IMG/VR virus record: IMGVR_UViG_3300035034_000461
Span: 8,746-72,745 of that record
DNA from: a virus
Length of the DNA: 64,000 nucleotides
Reading direction: 5' to 3' (one strand)
The notes beneath the pieces are model-generated. The model had not been told where the DNA came from, searched no databases, and saw only the letters and a program-made list of their open reading frames with translations. Position numbers and translations under genes: made by a program. This document shows positions 9,546 through 21,509 of this stretch, one piece after another. Positions within the stretch are counted from its first letter, which is position 1. Each line of letters begins with the position of its first letter.

Positions 9546-9584
9546 ATGAAAACAATTGCACAACATCGAAACATTAAAGAATAA
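9546..9584 (+). pseudogene. collapsed MKTIAQQL unit (MKTIAQHRNIKE)
   Basis: N-cap start joined to C-cap-like atcgaaac/attaaaga. Confidence 0.65.
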
Positions 9585-9588
9585 TATC

Positions 9589-9849
9589 ATGAAAACAATT
9601 GCACAGCAACTAAACGTTAAAGACTTTCCGTTTATCATCAACGATAAGAACGGGGATACGATCTACTACGAATATTCAGACGGATTCTGGATCAAACGGG
9701 AATACGATTCAAACGGCAATCAGACTTACTTCGAATATTCAGACGGATTCGTCTATAGCGTCGATAATAAACCAAAGAATACTTTCAGCATGAAGGAACT
9801 TGCAGACAAACTGGGAGTTCCAATCGAAACCCTCCGCATTAAAGACTGA
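9589..9849 (+). CDS. MKTIAQQL-family variable repeat protein
   Basis: paralog; true ATG at 9589. Confidence 0.9.
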   Translation: MKTIAQQLNVKDFPFIINDKNGDTIYYEYSDGFWIKREYDSNGNQTYFEYSDGFVYSVDNKPKNTFSMKELADKLGVPIETLRIKD

Positions 9850-10065
9850 AAACTAAAAGATAATAAATCATGAAAATAAAATATTACAATGACGATAAGG
9901 AGAAAGATCAATCCCATGAGTTACATGTAGATGAGTTCCAAAGCGAGATTGAGGGAAATTGGGATGTATCTATTAGCGCGTATGGGAAAGATAGGGACGA
10001 GGCTGGAGTAAATCTATTGAAGTAGATTAGTTTGCTGAGAGATTATCTGGAAGAACAATTAGAAT

Positions 10066-10725
10066 ATGTATAAAATTATAAAACATAAATGGGATGATCG
10101 CAATAAGCTATTTTTCTCATCAGATTGGCACAACTTCCACGAAGCTATGGCTTGGGATGTCCCTATCTGGAAAGGAAGGGGGTATTCATCGCCTGAAGAA
10201 TCTTGGCAGGATGTGATCAATAAAATTAACGCTAGGGTGGGAGAGCACGATACAATTTATTATCTTGGTGATTCTTTTCTCAATGTGAAAGATGATCTTG
10301 ATGTTGAAGATTGGTTTGCTAAGATCAAATGTCAGAACATTATGTATTTGATGGGAAATCATGAAAGCACTCCATATCGCATTTACAAGCAACAGGTTAA
10401 AGAACAATATGGATTGGATGATGTTGAGGTATATCCCCTAAAGTGGAAGAATGTGACATTCCTTGGGAATCATCAGGAAATACTTGTCGGGAAAAAAGTG
10501 ATTGTGCTAAACCATTTTCCGATCAGTTCCCATCACCACGCTGGGCGGGGTTCGTGGGGGCTATTTGGACACACACACGGAAACTATGAACAAACATTAC
10601 CGCAGTATCCAATTGGTAAAAGGTTAGATATGTCTTGGGACGTTAAAAACGATATTTGGTCTTTTGATGAAATATATGATGTTATGTCCACTAAGACAGT
10701 GGAGGTATTGGATCATGCAAGATGA
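10066..10725 (+). CDS. calcineurin-like metallophosphoesterase
   Basis: SDWH, LGD, GNHE, HFP, GHTH motifs. Confidence 0.85.
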   Translation: MYKIIKHKWDDRNKLFFSSDWHNFHEAMAWDVPIWKGRGYSSPEESWQDVINKINARVGEHDTIYYLGDSFLNVKDDLDVEDWFAKIKCQNIMYLMGNHESTPYRIYKQQVKEQYGLDDVEVYPLKWKNVTFLGNHQEILVGKKVIVLNHFPISSHHHAGRGSWGLFGHTHGNYEQTLPQYPIGKRLDMSWDVKNDIWSFDEIYDVMSTKTVEVLDHAR

Positions 10726-10853
10726 AATTAAAGATATTATAATGGCTGCTGAAGATCTTATATATCTATACCCATTATATAGAGATCATCCAAGGGAAGA
10801 GGATTTAATTGCTTGGGAAAATTTACAAATAGCTATTTTTAATTTTAAAGAAT

Positions 10854-11469
10854 ATGACAGAAGAAATGAAGTGGGAAGATAAAATAGAAGAAATTGAAGA
10901 TGAATTGAATGATTTGAAATTTTCTGTGAAACATGAAACTGAGGACTTGCAAATTCTAAATGATAAGATACAATTACTCAAAGAGAAACACCAAGAGTTT
11001 ATGGATGATCTTTTAATTGAACAGATACTAGAAAGGGTAACACGAGAACACTATGGAAAAGTTGACTAACATTTCGGGAAACATTAAATGGAAAATTCTA
11101 TAAAATTCAAATGTTCAATTTGTGGGAATCCATGTAAGGAGAGTGGGGAAATATTACCATCTCTAGATCCTCAAACGATTGATCGGAGTGCTATAGAGGT
11201 TCCATGTGAATGTTGTTACACTATCCCAATTTTAAAAATATAAATTTATGAACAAACAAAATAAAAAAAATAAAGCATGGCTTCGTAATCCAGATCAAAT
11301 CAAAAATCCTAAAATTTTTCGTGCTGAGTTTACGCAAAATAAGGATGGATCATTTCGAATGCTGGAGAGCAATGTTCTCACTAGGAGGAATCAGTATACT
11401 GGAGAGTGGACACGCATGAACACACGAGACTTTTCACGCGAGCTGAGACATAAACTCGTATCCGAGTAA
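10854..11469 (+). CDS. small hypothetical proteins (10854..11069, 11248..11469)
   Basis: ORF track. Confidence 0.5.
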
Positions 11470-11490
11470 AAACTAGGATAGAATAAGCTT

Positions 11491-11649
11491 ACCGGACGAC
11501 TGGACGTATCACGGGAATTTGCAACAAATAGATACAACCAGTGACAGCGGGAGAGAACTGCGCGGATTTATAAATTCTAGAAAAGTAAGCTTGAATATTC
11601 TGGGATATCAACAATAATTGAAGCTCGGTGAGGTGCAAAGCCTCTACCA
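11491..11649 (+). ncRNA. candidate structured non-coding RNA
   Basis: follows a promoter element lacking an ATG; nested stems ACTGG/CCAGT, GTATC/GATAC, ATTTG/CAAAT; 3' T-arm-like hairpin GGTGAGG-TGCAAAG-CCTCTACC ending CCA. Confidence 0.55.
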
Positions 11650-11687
11650 TTTTAAAATCACAAAAACGTAAATCGAAGAATAACAAT

Positions 11688-11960
11688 ATGATAGACAACA
11701 AGTCCATTACTGATCCACATACCAAGCTTATTGGTAGAATGCAGAAAAAGATCGATAGTCGCAATCGTAAGATCGAGGGCATGGCTCGGAAAATTGATAC
11801 TCTGGAAGCTACCTTAGCTTGGAGAAATATCGATCTTGAATCAATATCAAGAAATCTCAAACAGGAAGTAGAGAACGCTCTTTGCAATGTCAGGATGATT
11901 CCCGTGGGGGGTATGAGCAAAACTTCAAAAATTTTAGAGATTCGGACAGTTGATGAATAG
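11688..11960 (+). CDS. hypothetical coiled-coil protein
   Basis: ATG 11688 in frame with ORF 11628..11960. Confidence 0.55.
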   Translation: MIDNKSITDPHTKLIGRMQKKIDSRNRKIEGMARKIDTLEATLAWRNIDLESISRNLKQEVENALCNVRMIPVGGMSKTSKILEIRTVDE

Positions 11961-11984
11961 TAAAAACTAGGATATAATAACCCC

Positions 11985-12767
11985 ATGCGAGACAAACTAA
12001 TCATAGGTTCCCATGCAATGCGCCACTGGTTTCCTGACTTTCCACGAGAACCAAAAGATATTGATTATATCTCTAAGGATGATATCATGAGTAGAGAGGA
12101 AGAGCATCACTGGATTTCCGAGTTCCAATATTTCTTAGATAACAACGAAGATGATACATATTTGGATGCTAAACATCTAATCACTTTGAAGGAAAGTCAT
12201 GCTGGATGGAATATCAATTGGGAGAAGACAATGCACGACATCACATTCCTACAACGTAAGGGATTGAAAGCTGATAGGACTGTATATAGTAAATTGGTCA
12301 AAGGTTGGATAAAAATTCACGGAGTTCGGTGGGTATCGATGAAGAATAAGGATTCCACCACATTCTTTGAGGATGCTGTAGATCGTAAGTATGTGCATGA
12401 TGATATCCACGAAGCTATCAGTGTATATGATAAACCTCTATTTGAATCCCTCGTTGTCGAGGGTGTGACATGCTCCGAGGATGGCTTTAATAAGTTGTCA
12501 TATGAGGATAAAATCCTTTTGGTGAAAGAAGAGGTATGGGTGACAGCGTTGGAACGATGGCTGATTCCCGAGGACTTCAAGATGCATCATCAGGTAGCAT
12601 ACTCCCGAGCATTGAAAAAATTGGCAACAACTATGTCATCAGGATATTTCAAATTTTTCATACTTGATAATTGGAATGATCTAAGGTATGATAGCTCTAA
12701 AGAATATATTGAGAAATTTAAACAAGCAGAAAAAAATAACAAAATAAGAAAATATGAAAAGCATTGA
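11985..12767 (+). CDS. conserved phage protein with nucleotidyltransferase-like N-terminus
   Basis: IIGS...PKDID resembles the GS/DxD motif of pol-beta NTases. Confidence 0.55.
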   Translation: MRDKLIIGSHAMRHWFPDFPREPKDIDYISKDDIMSREEEHHWISEFQYFLDNNEDDTYLDAKHLITLKESHAGWNINWEKTMHDITFLQRKGLKADRTVYSKLVKGWIKIHGVRWVSMKNKDSTTFFEDAVDRKYVHDDIHEAISVYDKPLFESLVVEGVTCSEDGFNKLSYEDKILLVKEEVWVTALERWLIPEDFKMHHQVAYSRALKKLATTMSSGYFKFFILDNWNDLRYDSSKEYIEKFKQAEKNNKIRKYEKH

Positions 12768-14879
12768 AGAGCAAATAGTAGATAAGGAAGCCGAGTTGGA
12801 ACAACTTCGACTCAAGGCATCATCAGTAAAGAACTTTGAACCAACTCTCCCAAATATTATTGAGATTGTGAAGCAAGTTTGTAATGAATGCCAAGGAGGA
12901 GGAGATTACCAAATTGAGAGAGGGGGGGACTATCTATCTTTTGATGATGATGGTAACTTCTTCACCATCCTGGGGGGTAAATGGAGATTTGAGGTTGTGG
13001 AACGTCGTGGTGGATATGAAGGCTGTGGAGAAGAACACTGGATCGCGTTCAAAGTCTTTTCCTCCAATGATTTTAGTAATGATCTAACATATTGGGAAAT
13101 CCCCGGATACTATGCATCTTATGAAGGTGGTAATCTTGAATATGATGATATCTTCCAAGTTAAACCTAAAGAAAAAACAATTACAGTATATGAAAAAATT
13201 AATTAATAAAATATATTTCTCCCTATATGCCACAGCCGTTTTGTTTTGGTGGCTCGTCGTGGAATTCTTTGAGTGGATCGGTGGAGTCGGTAAGAATAAA
13301 AACTAGAACATAATAATAATAACACTATGAGACAAACAGCATTAATGGAATATATTAGGAATGAATACAACAATCCATATGGAGTGTGTGTGGCCGTTCG
13401 GGTGGGAGATGAAATCAAATATGGGTATTCTCTCTGTAATGAGAAGGCCGATCAATATGATAAGAAGTTGGGTATTCAAATTGCTACAAATCGGGCAATG
13501 AGTGATCATATTCTTCCAGAATCCCGTGAGAGGAAAAGTTTAATTTGGGAAAGTTATGTATCTCTTCAGAACCGCGCCGTCAAATATTTCAAGGACGTTG
13601 AACACCCCGATATTCTTGGGGTGATATTATAATGAGTGGTCATTTTTTTACATATAGCGATGACGGTAAACTCATGACTCATATATCATTCTCTGATATA
13701 TATGAGTATAAGGGATTCACCTTTGAATTCCATTCATATTGCGGACCGATTAAATTAAACAAGGATTGGGAACCATCCAAAAGAACTGGAAGAAAATTCT
13801 ATAAAATTTTGAGAGAATGGGATAAGCTATCTGAAGAAGCAAAAGAAGAAACGAGAATATAACAATATGAAATTACTAGGAGTTAAAAGTAAAACAAGAT
13901 GTATCGCGTCTATCAGTCGGCACGACTATAGAACTCATTACAAATTAATGGCAGATGGTGGCCAACCCAATACATTTGGATTTTCTGGATATACCAGAGG
14001 GCGGGGAGAAAGTTGTTGGTTTGAAGTTCCTCAGACCTTCTCGGAGTTATATGAAGATTACACATTTTGTGGATTTCGTCATAAGAAGCGTAAGTATGGT
14101 GTTTGGAAATTAGAAGACGTAAAAATTTTAGATGAGTCCGAATGGCCAAAGGACGATGATATGGATCTTCTGATTGAGAATACCATTTGGGGAACATATG
14201 GTAAGGATGGGGGTGAGGATTTACATTACATTCATTTGAAGGATGCCGATACAGATCATCTCAACAATATTCTAACGCAGGGATTACCTTCCGATGAGTT
14301 GAAAAATATAATTGGAACTATCCTCGTTAGGAGAAATCAACTAAAATATCCATGAAAATTGAAACACCGGAAGATATCAAGGAACTGAAAAAATATTCCA
14401 ATCGGAGGGGATTTGTTGTAAGATTTAACCCCCCATCCAAAAAAGACGACTGTTCTCAAATTTGCAAATCCCTTATAGATGCGAAAATCATTGAAGAGAA
14501 TCCTGATAAAGTATTTTCTTACCAAGGATTGTGGATATTTATATTCCAAGAGAATAGTAAATTCGATGCCCCCGAATTCTATGGGAAATGCGAACATGTG
14601 GGAACAATGACTCAAATGTGGCAAGTTGATGATTTGGGTAGATTCATTGATGCTATCCCTTTGTAAAAACTAGAATATAATAAAAATATGACAGAACATG
14701 ATGAGTGGAACTTTGGCCTAGGAGCTAAGTATGGAAAAATCGATAATCGTGGGGGGCTAAATCCTTATCGTGCATTGGATGAGGATTGGTCTAACTTCCG
14801 AAAAGCAGTTTGGGGGGTTATAGATTACGCACATTGGCTTGAATATCAAAGAGGTTATCTATCCAAAAATCCGAGATGA
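12754..14879 (+). CDS. hypothetical proteins (12754..13206, 13327..13632, 13632..13862, 13867..14355, 14352..14666, 14688..14879)
   Basis: abutting co-oriented ORFs, two preceded by the promoter element. Confidence 0.6.
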
Positions 14880-15358
14880 ATATCTTCGCAATTGATAATG
14901 ATCCCGTTCAAGCTGCAAGGTGGCTTGTGGATAAGCATATGAAAATGATGTTGGAGGGATGTCAGATACTTTGCACACTATTCCACAAGCAGGGAATAGA
15001 AGCTCCATATCGTAAAACCCACGAGAATCATCCTTCAACTCTTTGGGCTGGTAGAACAAATGATAATCTACAATGGACAATTGATCATGCCCATGAGATA
15101 TCCAATGAATATACATCGAGATATGGCAAGATTCACAAAAGCCTCAAAGTTTTGAAATGGTGTGATACGAATAAGCACCGCCTAGGATTTGATCAAGATG
15201 GCTTACAGAAATTTTCTTTGGCTATCAATAGTGATTCGATTTGTAGGACATTGGATGAATGGGATGAGAGTGATTCGGTGAATTGCTATCGCCTATTCTA
15301 TAAACATGACAAAGCACATTTGCATCAGTGGAAGAGAAATAAACCAGAATGGATATAA
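14876..15358 (+). CDS. pyrimidine-dimer DNA glycosylase (DenV-like)
   Basis: MNIF..D.DP..A..L.DKH..KM..E..Q.L and THENHP. Confidence 0.75.
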   Translation: MNIFAIDNDPVQAARWLVDKHMKMMLEGCQILCTLFHKQGIEAPYRKTHENHPSTLWAGRTNDNLQWTIDHAHEISNEYTSRYGKIHKSLKVLKWCDTNKHRLGFDQDGLQKFSLAINSDSICRTLDEWDESDSVNCYRLFYKHDKAHLHQWKRNKPEWI

Positions 15359-15362
15359 TAAT

Positions 15363-15962
15363 ATGAAATACGAACTAACAGAAAATAAAAAGACATATTT
15401 AGGAATAACATTATATCAAATCAAAGCTCTTAAAAACTTTGGGAGTGTTAAGAGGGGCGATCTTGGAGGTTGGATTGAAGGGGAATCCAACTTATCACAA
15501 GAAGGAAATTCTTATGTGTATGGAAATGCTTATGTGTATGGAAATGCTAGAGTGTATGGAAATGCTTATGTGTGTGGAAATGCTTATGTGTGTGGAAATG
15601 CTCATGTGTCTGGAAATGCTCATGTGTCTGGAAATGCTCATGTGTATGAAAATGCTAGAGTGTATGAAAATGCTTATGTGTATGAAAATGCTAGAGTGTA
15701 TGAAAATGCTTATGTGTATGGAAATGCTTATGTGTCTGGAAATGCTATTATAGAAAAATCCGAGGACTATATAAACATTCCAAACCTACGATATAATCTA
15801 ACTATCACTCCTCAAAATGTTGTTGGAGGATGTAGAATCTTCACACACAAAGAGTTTCGAGATCTTACATTAGAACAATGTGAAGACAGGAGATGGAGTC
15901 AAAAGGAATTGGATGCTTACAAATCAGTATTGACTTTGTTCTTATCCATGCAAGAATACTGA
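15363..15962 (+). CDS. hexapeptide-repeat (left-handed beta-helix) protein
   Basis: about 13 tandem (G/E)NAxVY hexapeptides after GDLGGWIE.E.NLSQ. Confidence 0.8.
   Translation: MKYELTENKKTYLGITLYQIKALKNFGSVKRGDLGGWIEGESNLSQEGNSYVYGNAYVYGNARVYGNAYVCGNAYVCGNAHVSGNAHVSGNAHVYENARVYENAYVYENARVYENAYVYGNAYVSGNAIIEKSEDYINIPNLRYNLTITPQNVVGGCRIFTHKEFRDLTLEQCEDRRWSQKELDAYKSVLTLFLSMQEY
15503..15747 (+). repeat. 18-bp coding tandem repeat
   Basis: ggaaatgcttatgtgtat repeated about 13 times. Confidence 0.9.
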
Positions 15963-15963
15963 T

Positions 15964-16836
15964 ATGAACGAAACATACTTAATAATTACGGGGATAGTGG
16001 CGGTGATATCAATCATCGGAATATACAATCGATGGTTTGATCAATTTGAATCTTTTACGAAATTTATAACAGTCATTCTATCAACTATGGCAGCAATTGT
16101 GATGTTAATGGGATCTTTTTTCGCGACCCTTGGGGATGATACCTCACATGATTATAACGCAAAGACTGAAAGGATTGACGATGTTATTATTGTCAAATCT
16201 GGAGATTTTCCAATTCAAACAACTTCAGATATGAAATATATTGATAAGGAATTGTATATTACAAGGACTCAAAAACATAACGCTTGGGGATTCCCCCTAT
16301 TATATACATATGAAATCAAAATTAGACAATAATCGAAAGACCAAAAACATCCAATGCAACCATTTGTATAAAAACTAGGATACACTTACCCCATGCAGCT
16401 TTTAGAGTCATCAGGTAAAGTAGTCGTCAACAAATCAAAAGAGAGGATCGTTCTTGATACTTCTCCTGAGATTCTGGACTATTACCACTGGTTTATTAGG
16501 CGTAGATTCTGGATTGAATTGCAAAAACCTCTGCATGGCTCTCATATCACCATATCTTTTCACAAATATAATAAAGATATTGACTGGCAACGTGCATCCT
16601 ATTACGACGGAGAAACATTACCATTCAAATATGATGTAGAGGTCGTTAGAGGTGGTTATACGAAAGGATTTATCATGTTCTATCTGAAAGTGTATTCCGA
16701 GGAATTGGATGCGTTTAAGCGGGATGTGGGAATTATTGACGATTTTGGATATAAAGGACTTCATTTAACGCTGGGTAACACGAAATCAGGAGTTCGTCTT
16801 TGGTGGCCAGAAATGATCACGATTGATAAAAACTAG
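15964..16836 (+). CDS. membrane protein (15964..16332) and hypothetical protein (16393..16836)
   Basis: two hydrophobic segments in the first; the second has HIT and HLT motifs suggesting a 2H phosphoesterase fold. Confidence 0.55.
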
Positions 16837-16895
16837 GATATAATAGAATTATGAAAATTAAAAAAACACTAATTGGAGAAAAAGAATAATAGGAA

Positions 16896-17774
16896 ATGAG
16901 CATATATAAAACAGTTGTCCCGCCCATCAAGTGCCAAGGCATTAAAACCAAGCTTGTTCCCTGGGTTAGAGCGATCATTCCAACCGACTTTGATGGCACT
17001 TGGATTGAACCCTTTATGGGGTCCGGTGTGGTTGCTTTCAATATTCGCCCAAAGAAGGCGATTCTTGGCGACACCAATCCCCATTTGATCGCGTTTTACC
17101 AAGCGGTTAGTGATAAGAAAATTACGGCTGCATCGGTTCGTCAATTTCTTGAGAAAGAGGGGGCAGAGCTTCTCCGAACCGGAGGAGAGCATTACTACAC
17201 CGTCCGAGAGCGATTCAACCTACACCATGATCCAATCGACTTTCTATTTCTTAACCGCTCATGCTTCAACGGCATGATTCGATTTAACAAGAAAGGCGGC
17301 TTCAATGTTCCTTTCTGTCGAAAACCGAACAGATTCGCAAAGGCTTTGATTACCAAAATAGCGAATCAGGTTCAGGCCGTGTCTGATGCGATGAGCGTTG
17401 GTGATTACGAGTTTCATCTTCAGCCATTCAGTGAGACCATTGCCGTCGCTTCTGAGGGCGACTTTCTATATTGTGATCCCCCATATATTGATCGTCACGT
17501 TACCTACTTCAATGGTTGGGATGAGTCACACGAATTAGAGCTGGAGGAGGCTCTCGCATCCTCGCCGTGCCCATTCATCCTTTCGACATGGCACCACAAT
17601 GATTACAGGCGCAATACATACATTGATTCTTTGTGGTCTAAATACAGCATTCTGACGCGGGAGCATTTTTATCATGTTGGCGCGTCTGAAGCCAACCGGA
17701 ACCCGATGATCGAAGCGTTGGTAACTAATTTCGATGCCACGATTGAAGATTCTCCTCTGGAATCATTTGAGTAG
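16896..17774 (+). CDS. dam: Dam-family DNA adenine methyltransferase
   Basis: EPFMGSG, FNVPF, YCDPPY; visibly higher GC than flanks. Confidence 0.85.
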   Translation: MSIYKTVVPPIKCQGIKTKLVPWVRAIIPTDFDGTWIEPFMGSGVVAFNIRPKKAILGDTNPHLIAFYQAVSDKKITAASVRQFLEKEGAELLRTGGEHYYTVRERFNLHHDPIDFLFLNRSCFNGMIRFNKKGGFNVPFCRKPNRFAKALITKIANQVQAVSDAMSVGDYEFHLQPFSETIAVASEGDFLYCDPPYIDRHVTYFNGWDESHELELEEALASSPCPFILSTWHHNDYRRNTYIDSLWSKYSILTREHFYHVGASEANRNPMIEALVTNFDATIEDSPLESFE

Positions 17775-17939
17775 ATGCGTCTGCTCAAACCCGCTGCAAA
17801 ATACAAGGGGATAACAAGTCGTGGCTGACCAACAGGCTACCCGTCGCGTGTCGAAAGGATCATGGAACAGAGAATTGGATACAGAAACTTATGATATCAA
17901 GGAAATATTTTTCACCTTATAATTTGAAATAATAAAAAT

Positions 17940-20648
17940 ATGAAAAGAGTAGTAATTAATGAATGTTATGGGGGGTTTAGTCTTTCCCATGAGGCGGTGA
18001 TGCGATACGCAGAACTGGTAGGGATGACGCTATATGCTGATAAAAAATATAGCCGGTATTCCTACTATAAAGTCCCTAAAGAGGAATATGACAAGGAAGC
18101 GAAAAAATCCTTGGAGGAATGTGGGAATTATAAAAATGTCAATAAGATGGGTATATATTTTCACGACCGAGATATAGAACGTGACGATCCCAATCTGATT
18201 AAGGTTGTGGAAGAACTCGGAGAGGCTGCGAATGGGGAGTTCGCTGAACTTAAGATTATTGAAATTCCCGATGACATTCAATGGGAAGTTTCGGAATATG
18301 ATGGCATGGAGTCAATTCATGAAGTGCATAAGTCTTGGTCATAAAAACTAGAATACAATAACGACACAATGAAAGCAACAATATGGAAAGCTTACTATCG
18401 CATGACAATGGGTAGGGAAGTAGCAGACAAAGCAATGGCCAATGCGTCCCTAATGGTGATTAATTTAGAGGGTTCAACGGCTGGAAAAATATCCCATTTT
18501 TATAATAATAATACGGGAGAACAAATTAGGGGCTGGACTAAGAGGAAATACTCATCTTCCACTACCAACCAACATCCTCTAATTACAAAATATAACTGAT
18601 ATGAAATATATAACTTTAGTATTATTCGGAATCATCTCAACAATTTGGGAGGGATATGTCCTGAGTATCGTGTGGTCTTGGTTCATCGCTTCTAAATTTG
18701 ATCTACCAGAATTGGGAGTCGTATCAGCAATTGGATTGATCATGGTTGCGAAGTTCGTAACCTTTGCATATATTCCGGCATATAAAAAGAGCGATGATCA
18801 GGCTACATTCCTACAAATTGTGGAATCAGTTACTTTCCGAGTTACGTATTCCACCATAACTCTCGGAGTGGGATGGATAGTCCACCAATTCGCTTGATAA
18901 AAACTAGAATACAATAACGACACAATGAATACGAAAACACAAACACTGACATCAGATCAGATCATCCACCAATTCGCTTGATAAAAACTAGAATACAATA
19001 ACGACACAATGAATACGAAAACACAAACACTGACATCAGATCAGATTATCAACAATCTACTCAACTCGAAGGGGCAATTTGTCCGAGTCGTGTGGAAGAG
19101 TGATGTTAAACCCGCAGCAATTCACAAGGACAAGGTTCTTGAAAAACGGACAAGTGCCGTGGTTCGATCTGGAGTCAACTTCGCCAATCTTTCCGCTGTG
19201 AAAGAGGGCATTGCCAATGATGAGAGGGGGGAAGTTCAAGAATTACCTTGGGGTCAATGGTTATCATTCCCATATGTCATCGAGCATAAAGATACTCTAT
19301 ATCTCCGTATGTATCCAAGTGATACTAAATCTACCACCGTCTATTATGTCAATGGTGAGACAGTGGATAAGAGCGACTTTATCGCACTTCTTACTCCATC
19401 GGAATCTAAAAAAATCACGGAAGGCGTGGCTCCTCCATGCTTCAACGTGAAGCGTGATAATATCATCTCAACTGAAGATTTTAACGAGGAATAATATGAT
19501 TAAATTTACACAAGAAGATGACATTAAACCAACCCCAACCTTTGGAGACGTTGTAATAGATCAATTCTTCGTAGATGGTGGTCAACTATGGCAAAAAATA
19601 GATTCTACGTCTGCTAATCTAATAGCAGCTGCCAATGGAAATCCATTATCAAATCACGACTCAAAATATCATACAGATGATCCCATTGATAGGATCATCT
19701 CAAAGGTAACTAAAATCGAATTTTAATAATCTCAACAAAACAACATATGACAAAAAACAAAAAAACAGTAAACTGTATCGCACATAACGTAAGTAAGCCA
19801 CAACGGGGAGTTACATGTAACACACCATCTACTAAAGGAGCGTTCGCATGTCTTCATGCTAATCGCGGTGGGGTTGCTAAACTTCGTAAGAGGGGATTCA
19901 CAGACACACAAATTGCAGCAGTGTTCCAACGCGCTGGTATGCCAGTTAATAATATCGCAGTTCACAACTGGTCGAATGTTAATATGACAAGCCGCCCTAA
20001 GATGAAGTTTAAGATGGGAGATCTCGTCAAGCGTGGTAAGGAACTTTTGATCGTGCAATCGTCAAATCCAAAGCTCAAAACTATGGTGCTTATGGACAAG
20101 GACAATAAGAATATGGAGGTTCCTATGAAGCTCTCCATGTTCCGCAAGGTTTTATAAAAACTAGGTTATACTCCACCCATGACAGAAGATAAAAGATTGT
20201 TTGGGTGGAGTGTAAAAAACCTTCGGACAGGGGAGGTTGTGAGATATTCAGCTTCCTATAATTTTCCAGTAACTAAAGATCATGTTATCTAATCTCCGAG
20301 TATTAGCGATTGGGCTGGTGGTGATCCTTTCAGGGTATATCCTCCTGAAGATGGTGAGAAATAGGAAATAATATGACACTTGATAAACTAAAAATAGCAA
20401 TGGATAAGTGGTTTAGTAATCCACAGAATCTAATTGATTTTGAAAAAAAGATGGAAGAAATGAGCAATAGCGATCTTGATCATCTTCCTTGGGAGATGCG
20501 TAAAGAATATTGTTATTGTAAGAAAGAGGAAGATCATTGTGGGACATGTTCATGTGGAAAATCGGGACATATGCGATCAATGGGGATGGGAACAGATACA
20601 TGGTGTGATGAATGTTATCAAATCGATTCCAAACGAATTCTCTATTAA
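17940..20648 (+). CDS. hypothetical proteins (17940..18344, 18369..18599, 18601..18897 membrane, 19009..19494, 19496..19726, 19747..20157, 20373..20648)
   Basis: co-oriented ORFs, several directly after the promoter element. Confidence 0.6.
18881..19046 (+). repeat. 84-bp tandem duplication spanning stop-promoter-start
   Basis: tccaccaattcgcttgataaaaactagaatacaat...cagatcagat at 18881 and 18965. Confidence 0.9.
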
Positions 20649-20672
20649 TAAAAACTAGGATATTATGAAAAC

Positions 20673-21152
20673 ATGAAACTGGAAAGACTACAATTAGTTA
20701 CTTCTAATCGTCCCTGTGATGTTATTAGATATTGGCATGAGGACAATCAGATGTTGTTAGATCCTCCATATCAAAGGGGGAATGTGTGGGGGGTGATTAG
20801 GCAACGCAATCTAATTCGTTCTCTCATTCAAAATATTCCAATTCCCTCAATCATTATCAACGATAGATGGAAAGCAGGGTGGGATGATACATTATCATGT
20901 GTGGTCATTGATGGTAAACAGCGTATGACTACGTTCTTGCAATTCTTCTCAAGTGAATTGGAAATCCCCGGAGAGTGGTTGGGGATGGTCGGGATGGTAA
21001 CATTTGATGATTTGGATCTTCCCACACAGAGATCTTTCAGACAAATGCCTTTGGCTTTTTCCGAAGGAACTTTGAAAAGTCTGGAAGATGAAAAGATGGT
21101 GTTTGATCTTGTCAATTTTGGAGGAGTTCCACAAGGGGAATCCGATTTATAA
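20673..21152 (+). CDS. DUF262 (GmrS/ParB-like) domain protein
   Basis: PPYQRG.VW, IPIP and VIDGKQR motifs. Confidence 0.8.
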   Translation: MKLERLQLVTSNRPCDVIRYWHEDNQMLLDPPYQRGNVWGVIRQRNLIRSLIQNIPIPSIIINDRWKAGWDDTLSCVVIDGKQRMTTFLQFFSSELEIPGEWLGMVGMVTFDDLDLPTQRSFRQMPLAFSEGTLKSLEDEKMVFDLVNFGGVPQGESDL

Positions 21153-21173
21153 AAACTAGGATACAATAAGGAC

Positions 21174-21509
21174 ATGAAATTCAAATTCATTAGATCAGCA
21201 ATCGGACTTCCTTTATTCTTCATCGGAGTCGCACTTCCATATGCAACTTCGGGAGTTTACTTCTTCTATTTTCTGGGATGTTTCCTAGCATTGGGGGGAG
21301 CATATCAATTATCTAAGTGTGTCAAGCACGATGCGGAGGGAATGGGGTGGATGTTTTTGGGATTACCAATTTTCTTCCTATCCATGCAATACAACGCATA
21401 TTTCTTTCTTGCAGATCTTGGTATCACGGGATTCACGATTGCAATCACAAGGATGATGTCATCTCTGATTGGTGGATTGATGATTATGATGAGCTTTGGA
21501 AGGGAATAA
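21174..21509 (+). CDS. multi-pass membrane protein
   Basis: four hydrophobic segments. Confidence 0.65.
   Translation: MKFKFIRSAIGLPLFFIGVALPYATSGVYFFYFLGCFLALGGAYQLSKCVKHDAEGMGWMFLGLPIFFLSMQYNAYFFLADLGITGFTIAITRMMSSLIGGLMIMMSFGRE

Noticed and set aside
15439-15753. MEMLMC-repeat ORF
   Set aside because: Alternate-frame shadow of the 18-bp hexapeptide repeat.
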